A DNA stretch of 64,000 bases from Candidatus Fermentibacteraceae bacterium (GTDB lineage: Bacteria > Fermentibacterota > Fermentibacteria > Fermentibacterales > JCC-6). Where the stretch lies: contig JAMOUX010000025.1 in assembly GCA_027067855.1 (NCBI GenBank), positions 11,228 through 75,227 of the forward strand, given 5' to 3'. This document shows, in pieces, positions 48,677 to 57,856 of the stretch (position 1 is the first letter of the stretch; each line of letters starts with the position of its first letter). Under the pieces are notes generated by a model. That model made no database searches. It saw only the letters and a list, made by a program, of their open reading frames with translations, and was not told the DNA's origin. The translations under genes were made by a program, and so were the position numbers.

Positions 48677-48958
48677 TTGTCCTCTTCGGTTAGTGTTTCG
48701 ACATGAATACATGTATTGGAATCCCGCCTGCACAGGCGATCATTCGATTGCCGGCAAAATTTTTCCCCGGGTCAGCCCATTGCTCAGCGCCGAGGAGTGT
48801 AATCATGAGAATATCCGACGTCTTCCAGGTAAGCGCGTTTATAATTTCAAATTCGCGGCCCTCCGTCAACCCCGGCGGGGAAATGCCGCTTCCGGGTACT
48901 CCACTTATATTCATCGCCGGACAAGCGCAACATTCGAATCCGAAACGAAGGTTCTCGG

Positions 48959-50971
48959 TTGAATAAGTTCAGAATCATAGGTTATTACGTATTATCGGCT
49001 TTCTTCCTCCTTCTCGCGTCGGGACGGTTCCTCCCCGGGGAAGACGACACGGGAGACTACGTCACCAGGGCAGCCGGGATCGGAATCTTCCTGGTATCCG
49101 CGGCCCTCGCCGTACTGTTCCAGAGAAGATTGTCCAGGGAAGAAAACCGCCTGGGAATTTACTTCATCTGTTCTCTCCTGATCCTGTCCGTTCAGCTTAC
49201 CGGCGGTCCGGACGGCTTCGTCTACCCGGCTTACTTCCTGTTTCTCGCCTGGGTCTCCCTGCCCTCCGTAGGGCGATCCGCCACGGAGTTGGGCCTGGTT
49301 ATCGGATTCGTAGAGGCGGCGGCTCTCTTCAGTTCCACCATGTGGACCGGAAGCGAACCAACGATAACGAAGCTGGAGGCGCTGCTGCTGCCCTCGCTGC
49401 GGGCCCTGTTGTCACCCTTCCTGTTCGGCCTGGCCGTGGAGTGGTTATCGGAAAGGGATTTCCCGCTTTCCGGAACTTCCCGGACGGAAATCCGCCGGAC
49501 CCATGCCGCCCCTTCCCTTCGGGGATATTCCCACGAGGTACTTCTCGATATGTTCCAGGCGGGGTGCCTATCCGACACCACGTTCCTGTTCCTCGCCGGC
49601 GAGAACGGCGCCTTCACCCTGGCGGAAAGTTCACCCGGAAACGGGAACGCTCCACCGAACATCGTCCTTTCCGGAGAACACAGGCTTTCACGCATGGCTA
49701 CGGAAGGAACCGATCCCGTTCTCATAAGGCTCGATTCTCCCGGAGAACGCAGGGAACTCTTTCCGGTCCCGCCGCGGACCGGTGGAGCCGGACCTTCCTG
49801 GGTACTGTTCTGTCCCCTGAAATCCACGGCCGGAAAAGGCGCCTCGGGCTTCCTCCTCCAGGAATTTTCCGGCGATCGTCCCTCCAGGGAAAGCATAAAA
49901 GCCCTGGAAAGGTTCGCCGGGATACTCGGCCGCGGAAACACCGGACCCGGATCCGACTACGGAATCGCCGCTCTCTTCCTGCGCATGGTGAACGTCTGTC
50001 TCCCCGGGAACTTCGAAAGGGCCGCGACGGAAATCACCGGCATTCTTGCGGAATCGATTCCCGGTTCAACCGTCTCCGTGGCCCGGGTGGATCATGTCCG
50101 GGGAACCACCGTAATCCTGGTTTCCATGGGGCCGACGGCAAGAAGGAGGGAGGGAGCCGCCTATGCAATCACGGAAGGCGTGGCGGGATGGATAATCAGA
50201 AACGGGGTTTCATGCAGGAGAACCCGACTGGGACACGGTCCGGAAGCCGTGGGCAGTTTCTCGGGCAAGGGAGGCCACATTCAGGCGGGAAGCATAGTGG
50301 GCGCCCCCATAAAAACGGGTAATGCGGTGTCCGGATTGATAATGATGGAACATCCGGGCGGTGAAACCTTCACCAGGGAACATGAGAAAATAGTGGAAGC
50401 GGCGGCGGGCCTTCTCGCGATCCGGATGGAGATGGACGAGATGACCGGTCGATTCGAGAACCTTTCGGGAATGGACGGACTTACCGGGTTGCCCGGCATG
50501 ACACTGTTCGACGAACACCTCCACGAGATGGCGAGGGAGGTACAGACCTACGGTTGGTACGTAGGTGTCGTAATCGCCGACGTGGATGGTTTCCGCGATT
50601 TGAACGGGAAGCTGGGATACCGGAGTTGCGATACGCTCCTGCACAACGCCGCCGAGCGTTTCAAGGGCTGTTTCCCCGACGGCGTCTTCATAGCCAGGAC
50701 CGGTCCCGACAGCTTCGGGGCCTGCATTCCCAGAACCAACGGCGGGGTTATGGAGGCTTTGTGCCAGAAGGTGGTCGATTCCCTCTCCTTTTCCTTCGGG
50801 GAAGGGAATCGCGGCGCCGGGGTAACGGCATCGGTGGGAGGAGTCTACACTTACGTGAACAGGAAAGTACTCCTGTTGGCAAGCGAAGCGGAGAAAGCCG
50901 CCGAAGAGGCCAAAGCGACCGGCAGGGGTTCATACGTGGTGAAAAAGCTCGCAGGACGGGGAAAAACGTGA
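48959..50971 (+). CDS. Multi-TM sensor protein with GAF-like regions and a C-terminal degenerate GGDEF domain
   Basis: 670 aa with a TTG start. About 5-6 N-terminal TM helices. The GGDEF fold is recognisable (DVDGFRDLNG), but the signature reads RTGPDSF instead of RxGG(D/E)EF and there is no RxxD I-site. Confidence 0.8.
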   Translation: MNKFRIIGYYVLSAFFLLLASGRFLPGEDDTGDYVTRAAGIGIFLVSAALAVLFQRRLSREENRLGIYFICSLLILSVQLTGGPDGFVYPAYFLFLAWVSLPSVGRSATELGLVIGFVEAAALFSSTMWTGSEPTITKLEALLLPSLRALLSPFLFGLAVEWLSERDFPLSGTSRTEIRRTHAAPSLRGYSHEVLLDMFQAGCLSDTTFLFLAGENGAFTLAESSPGNGNAPPNIVLSGEHRLSRMATEGTDPVLIRLDSPGERRELFPVPPRTGGAGPSWVLFCPLKSTAGKGASGFLLQEFSGDRPSRESIKALERFAGILGRGNTGPGSDYGIAALFLRMVNVCLPGNFERAATEITGILAESIPGSTVSVARVDHVRGTTVILVSMGPTARRREGAAYAITEGVAGWIIRNGVSCRRTRLGHGPEAVGSFSGKGGHIQAGSIVGAPIKTGNAVSGLIMMEHPGGETFTREHEKIVEAAAGLLAIRMEMDEMTGRFENLSGMDGLTGLPGMTLFDEHLHEMAREVQTYGWYVGVVIADVDGFRDLNGKLGYRSCDTLLHNAAERFKGCFPDGVFIARTGPDSFGACIPRTNGGVMEALCQKVVDSLSFSFGEGNRGAGVTASVGGVYTYVNRKVLLLASEAEKAAEEAKATGRGSYVVKKLAGRGKT

Positions 50972-51354
50972 AGAAACCGATAAGACGCATATTTCTGGCG
51001 TGCGTGGCGGCCGGGATATTCTTCCTGAGCAGTCAGCCTTCCCTGGGAATACTGCCCCCGCTGTTTCCCCATCAGGACAAGGTCTTGCACCTGGTGGAAT
51101 ACGCGGTACTCTACTGGGCGTTGTTTCTCAACAGGGATCTTTGTCCCGAACGAAAACGCACGGCGATACTTTTCGCCGTGGGTCTTCTATACGCCTTGAG
51201 CGACGAAATCCACCAGGGGTTCGTTACCGGAAGAGATTGTTCCGCAGCGGACTTCGCCGCAGATGCCACCGGGCTGGCCGCGGGCGCAGCGGCCTGTTCG
51301 GGGCTCGGCAAAAAGACGAAAGACTCCCCCGGAGCCCCGGCGGACTCTGCTTGA
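50968..51354 (+). CDS. VanZ-like family membrane protein
   Basis: GTG start overlapping the previous stop (GTGA). 4 TM helices with a VanZ-like pattern (VLHLVEYAVLYWAL ... ALSDEIHQGFVTGRD). Confidence 0.6.
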   Translation: MKKPIRRIFLACVAAGIFFLSSQPSLGILPPLFPHQDKVLHLVEYAVLYWALFLNRDLCPERKRTAILFAVGLLYALSDEIHQGFVTGRDCSAADFAADATGLAAGAAACSGLGKKTKDSPGAPADSA

Positions 51355-51385
51355 CATCCATTGGATTTCGGGTAAGATTTTAGTC
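51351..51385 (+). promoter_or_regulatory. Sigma70-like promoter candidate (TTGACA-N16-TAAGAT) in an AT-rich intergenic region upstream of the small lipoprotein gene
   Basis: Perfect -35 TTGACA overlapping the vanZ-like stop, a 16-nt spacer and TAAGAT. The region is markedly AT-rich relative to the window. Confidence 0.45.
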
Positions 51386-51474
51386 TGGCTTTAAGTTAAA
51401 CACCAATAGGAAATCAACCGTATCACCTTGCAGGAAAAACTTCAACCGAATGAAATCGAGAGGAGGTGCCAGGT

Positions 51475-51747
51475 ATGCTCAAGACGAGAACGACGTGGTT
51501 CTGTCTTGGACTCCTGAGCGTGTCCCTGCTGCTGACGGCATGCGGTCCCAGCGCCGAAGAACTTCAGGCCAGGGACGATGCCCGTGCCGCTGCGTTGGCA
51601 GCTGAAGCCCGTGCCGACAACCTCGAGCAAGAACTCGAAAGCCTTCCCGGCGAAATAGCCGATGCCCAGGAAGAGATAGCGGCTCTCGAAGCCGAACTTG
51701 CCGAGCTTCAGGCCGAATACGAATCACTCGGCGGCGGAAGCCGATAG
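51475..51747 (+). CDS. Small coiled-coil lipoprotein (Lpp/Braun-lipoprotein-like architecture)
   Basis: Start MLKTRTTWFCLGLLSVSLLLTAC-G, preceded by AGGAGG. The mature 70 aa or so are Ala/Glu/Leu-rich heptads (ELQARDDARAAALAAEARADNLEQELESL...). Confidence 0.5.
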   Translation: MLKTRTTWFCLGLLSVSLLLTACGPSAEELQARDDARAAALAAEARADNLEQELESLPGEIADAQEEIAALEAELAELQAEYESLGGGSR

Positions 51748-51764
51748 CAAGGAAGGGGAAAATA

Positions 51765-52445
51765 ATGAAGCGTACTCTGGTTCTTACCATGCTGCTTTGC
51801 CTCGGCCTTGCTTCCGTCGGTTTCGCCAAGACCTGGACGGCGGATGAACTTTCCGCCTACTCACAGGACGAGATCGAGGCAATGGGTGATGACAACATCC
51901 ATCTTCAGATAGCTTACTGGGAATGGAGAAAATCCGAGGCCGATGCCCGCATAGCCGAGCTCGAGCCCCAAGTGCTTCCCCTCAGGGAAACCCTCGCGGA
52001 ACTCCAGGCCCGTATAAACGACCTCAACAGCCAGATCAACGCCCTCAAGTCCGAAATCGAGAGGCTCCGCAACGCCGGCGTTCAGCATCTCATCAAGGAA
52101 GGTGAAAGCCTTTGGCTCATCGCTTCCTACCACTACAACTACAACGACGGCTCCAAGTGGCCTCTTATCTATGAACGCAACAAGGATACCATAAGCGATC
52201 CCAACCTCATCTACGCCGGTGAATACCTCTGGGTGCCCCTTCCCATGCTCACTTCCTACACCGTTGTGGAAGGCGACTACCTGGGCAAGATAGCCGGTTA
52301 CAGCAGGGTTTACGGCGACAGGGGAATGTGGCCTCAACTCTACGAGGCGAATCGCGACAAAATAAGCGATCCCAACCTCATCTACCCCGGACAGGTGCTG
52401 GACATTCCCAGATCCGCAAGATCCAGGGCCAGGGTAGACCGTTAG
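51765..52445 (+). CDS. Secreted protein with an N-terminal coiled coil and two LysM peptidoglycan-binding domains
   Basis: Signal peptide. Coiled-coil region (ELEPQVLPLRETLAELQARINDLNSQINALKSEIERL). Two LysM repeats (YTVVEGDYLGKIAG ... and GESLWLIAS ...) with duplicated SDPNLIYxG motifs. Confidence 0.75.
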   Translation: MKRTLVLTMLLCLGLASVGFAKTWTADELSAYSQDEIEAMGDDNIHLQIAYWEWRKSEADARIAELEPQVLPLRETLAELQARINDLNSQINALKSEIERLRNAGVQHLIKEGESLWLIASYHYNYNDGSKWPLIYERNKDTISDPNLIYAGEYLWVPLPMLTSYTVVEGDYLGKIAGYSRVYGDRGMWPQLYEANRDKISDPNLIYPGQVLDIPRSARSRARVDR

Positions 52446-52523
52446 AAAAAACCCTGAAATGGCTGGAAGGCTCTTCACAGATTCTGTGAAGAGTCTTCCG
52501 CCGTTTGGGAAGATGATCACGCG

Positions 52524-53471
52524 ATGACCGAGAAAAGTTTCACATCCGGCTTTCCTCTTTCCAGGGAATCGGCCGTTAAGATTTTTGGACCCCGGGACGG
52601 AAACCTGCGGAAGATTTCCAGTGCGATGAACGTGAAAATTTCGTACAGAGACGGTTTCCTCAAGATATCCGGCGAACGGGTTCCCGTGGAAAGGACCACG
52701 GCGGTATTCACCAGGTTGGAGCACGAGCTGAGCGTATCCGGATCCCTCAGTCCTCACAGCGTCGACGCCGCCCTGGGTTTCCCCGCCGAACATGATGAAT
52801 CCCTGGAACTGTCCGTGCCCGGCAGGGCCGGACGGATAATCCCCAAGACCACGGGCCAGGCCGCCTACCTGGAGGCGATGCGTTCCTCGGAAATAGTTTT
52901 CTGCATAGGACCCGCAGGAACGGGAAAAACTTTCCTGGCCGTGGCCGGCGCAGTCGCCGCGCTTACGGAGGGACAGGTGGAAAGAATCATCATTTCCAGG
53001 CCGGCGGTGGAGGCCGGTGAAAGCCTGGGGTTCCTCCCCGGGGACCTCCAGCAGAAGATAGATCCTTACCTGAAACCCGTTTACGATGCCCTGGACGACA
53101 CTCTTTCACCGGGCAGGGTGAAAAGGGCCATAGACAACAGGGTAATAGAGGTGGCGCCCCTGGCCTACATGCGGGGAAGGACTCTCAATAACGCTTTCGT
53201 TATTCTCGACGAGGCACAGAACACCACCATCACCCAGCTCAAGATGTTCCTCACCAGGCTTGGGTACAACTCCCGGGCGGTTATAACCGGGGATGTTACG
53301 CAGGTTGATCTCAAACCGCGATCCGCGTCGGGTCTGGTGGCCATCGGTGATATCCTGTCGGGAATCCAGGGAATTCATTTCACGTACCTGGATAAGAACG
53401 ACGTGGTACGGCATCCACTGGTGCAGAGAATAATAAACGCTTTCGAAAAGTCCGGGGAAAAACCAAGATGA
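52524..53471 (+). CDS. phoH: PhoH-like ATPase
   Basis: 315 aa. Walker A GPAGTGKT, KH-like N-terminal region and the PhoH family motif VITGDVTQVDL. Confidence 0.9.
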   Translation: MTEKSFTSGFPLSRESAVKIFGPRDGNLRKISSAMNVKISYRDGFLKISGERVPVERTTAVFTRLEHELSVSGSLSPHSVDAALGFPAEHDESLELSVPGRAGRIIPKTTGQAAYLEAMRSSEIVFCIGPAGTGKTFLAVAGAVAALTEGQVERIIISRPAVEAGESLGFLPGDLQQKIDPYLKPVYDALDDTLSPGRVKRAIDNRVIEVAPLAYMRGRTLNNAFVILDEAQNTTITQLKMFLTRLGYNSRAVITGDVTQVDLKPRSASGLVAIGDILSGIQGIHFTYLDKNDVVRHPLVQRIINAFEKSGEKPR

Positions 53472-55486
53472 GCGTCAGGAATCTTTTCGCCGCGACAATA
53501 GTGATCGTCGGAGCGGCGGCCACTTTCTACCTCCTGCTGGTCCCGGCGAGAAACGTAGTGGATATAGAGGTAACGCCGGGTCAGGTTTTCCCCCATGATA
53601 TAATCGCTCCCGTAGACTTCGATCTGCCGTATTCACACGAGGAATTCCAGAGGATCCGGGAAGATTACTTCTCCTCCATACCCATCCACCTGCGTTTCGA
53701 CCCGGCGATCTGGCCGGAGCTGTCGGGCAGGATACACTCCGGACTTCTGGCACTAACGGGTGATTCTTCGTTTACCGCTGGAATGGTACGGGAACTGGAA
53801 GAGATATACAATGAGGGGGTCTTCGACCTGAAAAACGTCCGGGAATATTACGCCGGGGACCGCGCCGTGGTACTCAGGGACGGAACGTCGGAAGATCGTA
53901 ATTTATTCGATCTGAACGAGGTATCCGATGTCAGGGAAACCCTGATCATGCGGGCGGGCAACCTGGAAATTCCCCGACGGAACCTCGATACCCTTGCGGC
54001 CATCCTGGAACCCAATCTCATGGTCGACGCTTCGGCCAGGCAGGTCGAAGCTGAAACCGCCGTCTCCCGTCTGAGCAACATAGACACAACCATAACGGCG
54101 GGAAGTATCCTGCTTCCCGCGGGACAACCCGTTACCGCCAGGACCGTACAATACATAGAGCAGCTCAAGAGAGTGGAGTTGGAGAATCGCGAACTCAAGA
54201 CGGAACTGGGACTCGTTCTTCTGGCCCTGATCCTGGTAGGTATCGCCCTTTATTACGTTCACGACATGATGCCCAAGACCTGGGGAACTCCGAACAGGTT
54301 CATGCTTCTGGGAACCATATGGATACTGGCTCTCGCGGCCACAGGGGCCGGCTGGCTGGCCCTGGGAAGCAATACCGTTTATCCCTACGCGACCATGGTG
54401 ACCTTCGGCGCCACCCTGACCAGCATATTCTTCCACAGAAGGCACGCGGTATTCATGACGGTGATATTCTCCCTGATAACAGCCATGGTGCATCCCCATC
54501 CCTACACCGTGGTCCTCACCGGAACCGTGAGCGGGATCCTGGCCGCAATGGCCGCGTGGGACGTAAGGCAGAGGCGAAGCATACCCCTGGCCACCGGTCT
54601 CTCCGCCGCGGGCGGCACCGGAGTATTCCTGGTATTGAAACTGATGGATACCTCGCTTTATTCCCAGGACACCACCTGGGGAGCCCTTGGCCTGCTGTTG
54701 GCGCCCGTGGTGGGAATCGGCTCCGCCAGCGCCCTGCTCCTGATATTCGAAAGGATCTTCGGCGTATACACCGTGCTCTCCATCGAGGAAGTGAACAAGA
54801 CCGATCACCCGTTGCTCAAGAAGATGCGGGAAGTCGCCCCGGGAACCTGGAATCATTCCCAGTTGGTGGCCGAACTCGCCGGAAGGGCCGCCGGAGCCAT
54901 AGGCGCGTGGGAGGCCCTGGCTTCCGCCGGGGGATACTTCCATGACATCGGCAAGATGAAAAACCCCGAGTTATTCATAGAAAATCAGAGGACCGACGAG
55001 AATCCCCACGACAGCATGGATCCCAAGTTGAGCGCGAGGAGGATAATCGCCCATGTCAAGGACGGTGTAAAGATGGCGAAGAAGGCCAAGCTCCCCAGGG
55101 CCGTCATCGATATAATCGCGCAGCACCACGGTACAAGCCTTGTAAGGTATTTCTACAACAAGGCGGTAAGAGAAGCGGGAGACCCATCCCTGGTAGATAA
55201 GAAGGATTTCACCTACCCGGGGCCCAAGCCCACCAGCAACGAGGCCGTCCTGGTCATGCTGGCCGATCAGGTCGCTTCAGCGACCAGGAACCTGGCGACT
55301 CCCGAAGAAGTGGCGGCGATGGTTTCCAAGGTGGTGGACGAGAAGGACCTGGAGGGAGAATTGGACGAATGTCACATCACCAGGCGCAACCTGAAAACCA
55401 TCGTCGAAGTCTTCACGACCACGCTGGAGAGCAAGTTCTATAAACGGGTCCGGGACTATCCCATGGGAGATGATTCCAGTGGTTAG
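53468..55486 (+). CDS. 7TM receptor with an intracellular HD hydrolase domain (YqfF-like HDIG membrane protein)
   Basis: 672 aa. N-terminal extracytoplasmic domain, 7 TM helices and a C-terminal HD domain (HSQLVAELAG ... FHDIGKM ... HHGTSLVRYF). Conserved position between phoH and ybeY. Confidence 0.8.
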   Translation: MSVRNLFAATIVIVGAAATFYLLLVPARNVVDIEVTPGQVFPHDIIAPVDFDLPYSHEEFQRIREDYFSSIPIHLRFDPAIWPELSGRIHSGLLALTGDSSFTAGMVRELEEIYNEGVFDLKNVREYYAGDRAVVLRDGTSEDRNLFDLNEVSDVRETLIMRAGNLEIPRRNLDTLAAILEPNLMVDASARQVEAETAVSRLSNIDTTITAGSILLPAGQPVTARTVQYIEQLKRVELENRELKTELGLVLLALILVGIALYYVHDMMPKTWGTPNRFMLLGTIWILALAATGAGWLALGSNTVYPYATMVTFGATLTSIFFHRRHAVFMTVIFSLITAMVHPHPYTVVLTGTVSGILAAMAAWDVRQRRSIPLATGLSAAGGTGVFLVLKLMDTSLYSQDTTWGALGLLLAPVVGIGSASALLLIFERIFGVYTVLSIEEVNKTDHPLLKKMREVAPGTWNHSQLVAELAGRAAGAIGAWEALASAGGYFHDIGKMKNPELFIENQRTDENPHDSMDPKLSARRIIAHVKDGVKMAKKAKLPRAVIDIIAQHHGTSLVRYFYNKAVREAGDPSLVDKKDFTYPGPKPTSNEAVLVMLADQVASATRNLATPEEVAAMVSKVVDEKDLEGELDECHITRRNLKTIVEVFTTTLESKFYKRVRDYPMGDDSSG

Positions 55487-55862
55487 GATGATCATTCTCG
55501 CGGGGGAAACCGGTCTGGATTCATCCCGGCTCGGCGAGGCACTGGATTCCCTCATGGAAGGTAACATAGAGGTGGTCATAACCGATCCGGGGCACATGAA
55601 GGCCCTGAATTCGCGCTTCAGGCATGTGGACAGGCCAACGGACGTACTGACCTTCGACCTGGCCGATGAAGGCGATGCGGATCCCGAAGGTACCATCTTC
55701 GTGGACGGAAGGTTGCATCCACCCATTGAGGAACTACTGGAACGCATCTTACACGGATACCTCCATCTTCGCGGTTATTCGCACGACACCCACGAGGATT
55801 CCGTCGCAATGGCGGCGGAGGTCGACGCGCTGGTTAAGAAAGCTTTGGAGAAATACCGATGA
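55470..55862 (+). CDS. ybeY: Endoribonuclease YbeY (rRNA maturation factor)
   Basis: HGxLHLxGYxH zinc motif (HGYLHLRGYSHD). The start may be the internal Met at 55488, just past the upstream stop. Confidence 0.85.
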   Translation: MIPVVRMIILAGETGLDSSRLGEALDSLMEGNIEVVITDPGHMKALNSRFRHVDRPTDVLTFDLADEGDADPEGTIFVDGRLHPPIEELLERILHGYLHLRGYSHDTHEDSVAMAAEVDALVKKALEKYR

Positions 55863-57082
55863 ACCCGTACCTTGCTTCCGTCTCGTACTGCCTGGGCTTC
55901 CTTCTCGTATTCATCGCTTCCGGGATCAGGTCATGCATGCCGGAATTGATATCCTCCAAGGGAAGGGATCCTTCCGAGAGGAGGAGGGCCGCGGTTCTTC
56001 ATCTGGGTATCGTGTGGCTCACTCACTTCACGGGACTGGTACTTTCGGGAGCGGGATCGGCGCTTCTCGCGGAACCTCTCGAGAGTCTCGGCCTGCCGGC
56101 GTGGGCGGGATTCCTGGGACCCGTCGCCTTCCTGTTTCTGTTCGCCGTGCTGCTGCCGTCGTTCCTCGGAGGGAAAAACCCCGGGGAATTGCTGAGGGTA
56201 CTGAAATTCCCGTACTTTTTCCTTTCGCTGATTTTCAGGGCACCCGTACTCCTGCTCCTTCGCGGTACCAACGACGACGGTTCCGAGGGAGTGACATGGC
56301 TGATCACTCCCCCGGACATGATATGGCTCGAGAGAAGACGGGAAAAGGGCGAGCCCGGCGAGTTCGAGAAGGAACAGGAGATGATGGACAGCATCATGGA
56401 CTTCTCGGACAAGATAGTACGGGAAGTGATGGTACCCAGGATAGACATGGTCTGCGTGGATATAAACGCCGACCTTCCCACCGTCATAAGGGAGTTGGAG
56501 AAGGCCGGGCATTCGCGAATACCGGTCTACGAGGGAAAGATAGACGATATCAAGGGGCTCCTGTACGCCAAGGATCTGCTCCCCTTGCTGGCCTCGGGCG
56601 ATACGGACTTCGATCTCCGGAAGATAATCAGGCCTCCCTATTTCGTCCCGGAATACAAGAGAATAGACGACCTGATGAGGGAGTTCCAGTCCAAGAGAAT
56701 CCACATGGCGATAGTGGTGGACGAATACGGCGGCACGGCGGGGCTGGTGACCCTGGAAGACATAATGGAAGAAGTCTTCGGCGAGATATTCGACGAGTAC
56801 GACGAAGAATCGCTCCTGGTCAAGAAACTGGACGACGGCTCGTATATTCTTGACGCCAGGCTGCCCATTGACGACCTGAACGAACTCCTGGACACCAATT
56901 TCGCCGACGACGATTTCGAGAGCCTGGGAGGCATGGTATACCAGCTCATGGGCAAGATTCCGAGGCCCGGGGAAAGTACGGAATTCTCGGGATTCCGTTT
57001 CTCCGTCGAACAGGTCAGGGCGCAACGCATCCTCAAGGTCAGAGTGGAATCCCTGCACGAGACCGGAGGGAACGATCGCTGA
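55859..57082 (+). CDS. HlyC/CorC-family transporter-associated protein (DUF21 TM domain + CBS pair + CorC_HlyC domain)
   Basis: 407 aa. 4 TM DUF21 region, tandem CBS domains and a C-terminal CorC/HlyC domain. ATGA overlap with ybeY. Confidence 0.85.
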   Translation: MNPYLASVSYCLGFLLVFIASGIRSCMPELISSKGRDPSERRRAAVLHLGIVWLTHFTGLVLSGAGSALLAEPLESLGLPAWAGFLGPVAFLFLFAVLLPSFLGGKNPGELLRVLKFPYFFLSLIFRAPVLLLLRGTNDDGSEGVTWLITPPDMIWLERRREKGEPGEFEKEQEMMDSIMDFSDKIVREVMVPRIDMVCVDINADLPTVIRELEKAGHSRIPVYEGKIDDIKGLLYAKDLLPLLASGDTDFDLRKIIRPPYFVPEYKRIDDLMREFQSKRIHMAIVVDEYGGTAGLVTLEDIMEEVFGEIFDEYDEESLLVKKLDDGSYILDARLPIDDLNELLDTNFADDDFESLGGMVYQLMGKIPRPGESTEFSGFRFSVEQVRAQRILKVRVESLHETGGNDR

Positions 57083-57139
57083 TTACGGGAGGAGGCACCG
57101 AAGATAAGGACGACCACTCCCGCTTTCGTTCTCAGGAGG

Positions 57140-57856
57140 GTGAGATGGAGCGAGTCATCCCTGATCCTGACGTTGTACTCCCTGGACTTCGGAAGGATAT
57201 CCGTAATGGCCAAGGGTGCTCTCAGGCCCAGGAGCGGCTTTCACGGGAAGTTCGAACACTTTTCCATGGTGGATATTTCTCTCTCCCGCAGGGAGAACAG
57301 GGAGATGGACACGGCCACCGAGGCATGGGTAAGGAAGGATTACCGGGAGATCAGGAATGATCCCGTGGGTTACGCCCATTCTTGCCTTTTCGTAGAGTGG
57401 CTGTTATTCTCCGTAACCGGCAGCGAGCCGTCCCATCCCATGTTCCACCTGATCGGCTCGGTTCTCGACAGTTTCGCCAAGGGACCGCCTTTCTGGCCCG
57501 TGCAGTGCTCGGGCATGGAAAAGGTCCTGAGACTGTCGGGTTTCGCCATGGAACTCGACCGCTGCGTGAGATGCGGGAAAGAATCGCCTCGCAACCCCGC
57601 CTGGAGTCCCGGAGACGGGGGTATCGTATGCGGCGGCTGTTCCGGTGACGGAGACGGAGAGGTACCGGCGGGAATACTGGCCTTCCTGAAAAAAACCGGC
57701 AAGGCGCCCGTCGAGGCAGCCAGGCGGATATCCCTCTGGAAAGGGGGATTCAAGCACTGCTTCCGCGTGCTCGAGGAATTCGCGGAAATACACCTCGAAA
57801 AGAGAAAAACTTTCAAATCACTTTCCGTACTGGAGGATCTCGAAGATGACCGCTGA
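57140..57856 (+). CDS. recO: DNA repair protein RecO
   Basis: OB-fold core (SLILTLYSLDFGRISVMAKGA aligns with the RecO N-terminal domain) and a C-terminal zinc finger (CVRCGK ... CGGCSG). GTG start. The first ~12 residues seen in homologues are missing. Confidence 0.75.
   Translation: MRWSESSLILTLYSLDFGRISVMAKGALRPRSGFHGKFEHFSMVDISLSRRENREMDTATEAWVRKDYREIRNDPVGYAHSCLFVEWLLFSVTGSEPSHPMFHLIGSVLDSFAKGPPFWPVQCSGMEKVLRLSGFAMELDRCVRCGKESPRNPAWSPGDGGIVCGGCSGDGDGEVPAGILAFLKKTGKAPVEAARRISLWKGGFKHCFRVLEEFAEIHLEKRKTFKSLSVLEDLEDDR

Noticed and set aside
52185-52410. Direct repeat of about 24 nt (ATAAGCGATCCCAACCTCATCTAC) about 180 nt apart
   Set aside because: Both copies are in-frame within the two LysM domains of one gene (SDPNLIY motifs). 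This is domain duplication, not CRISPR or a mobile-element repeat.
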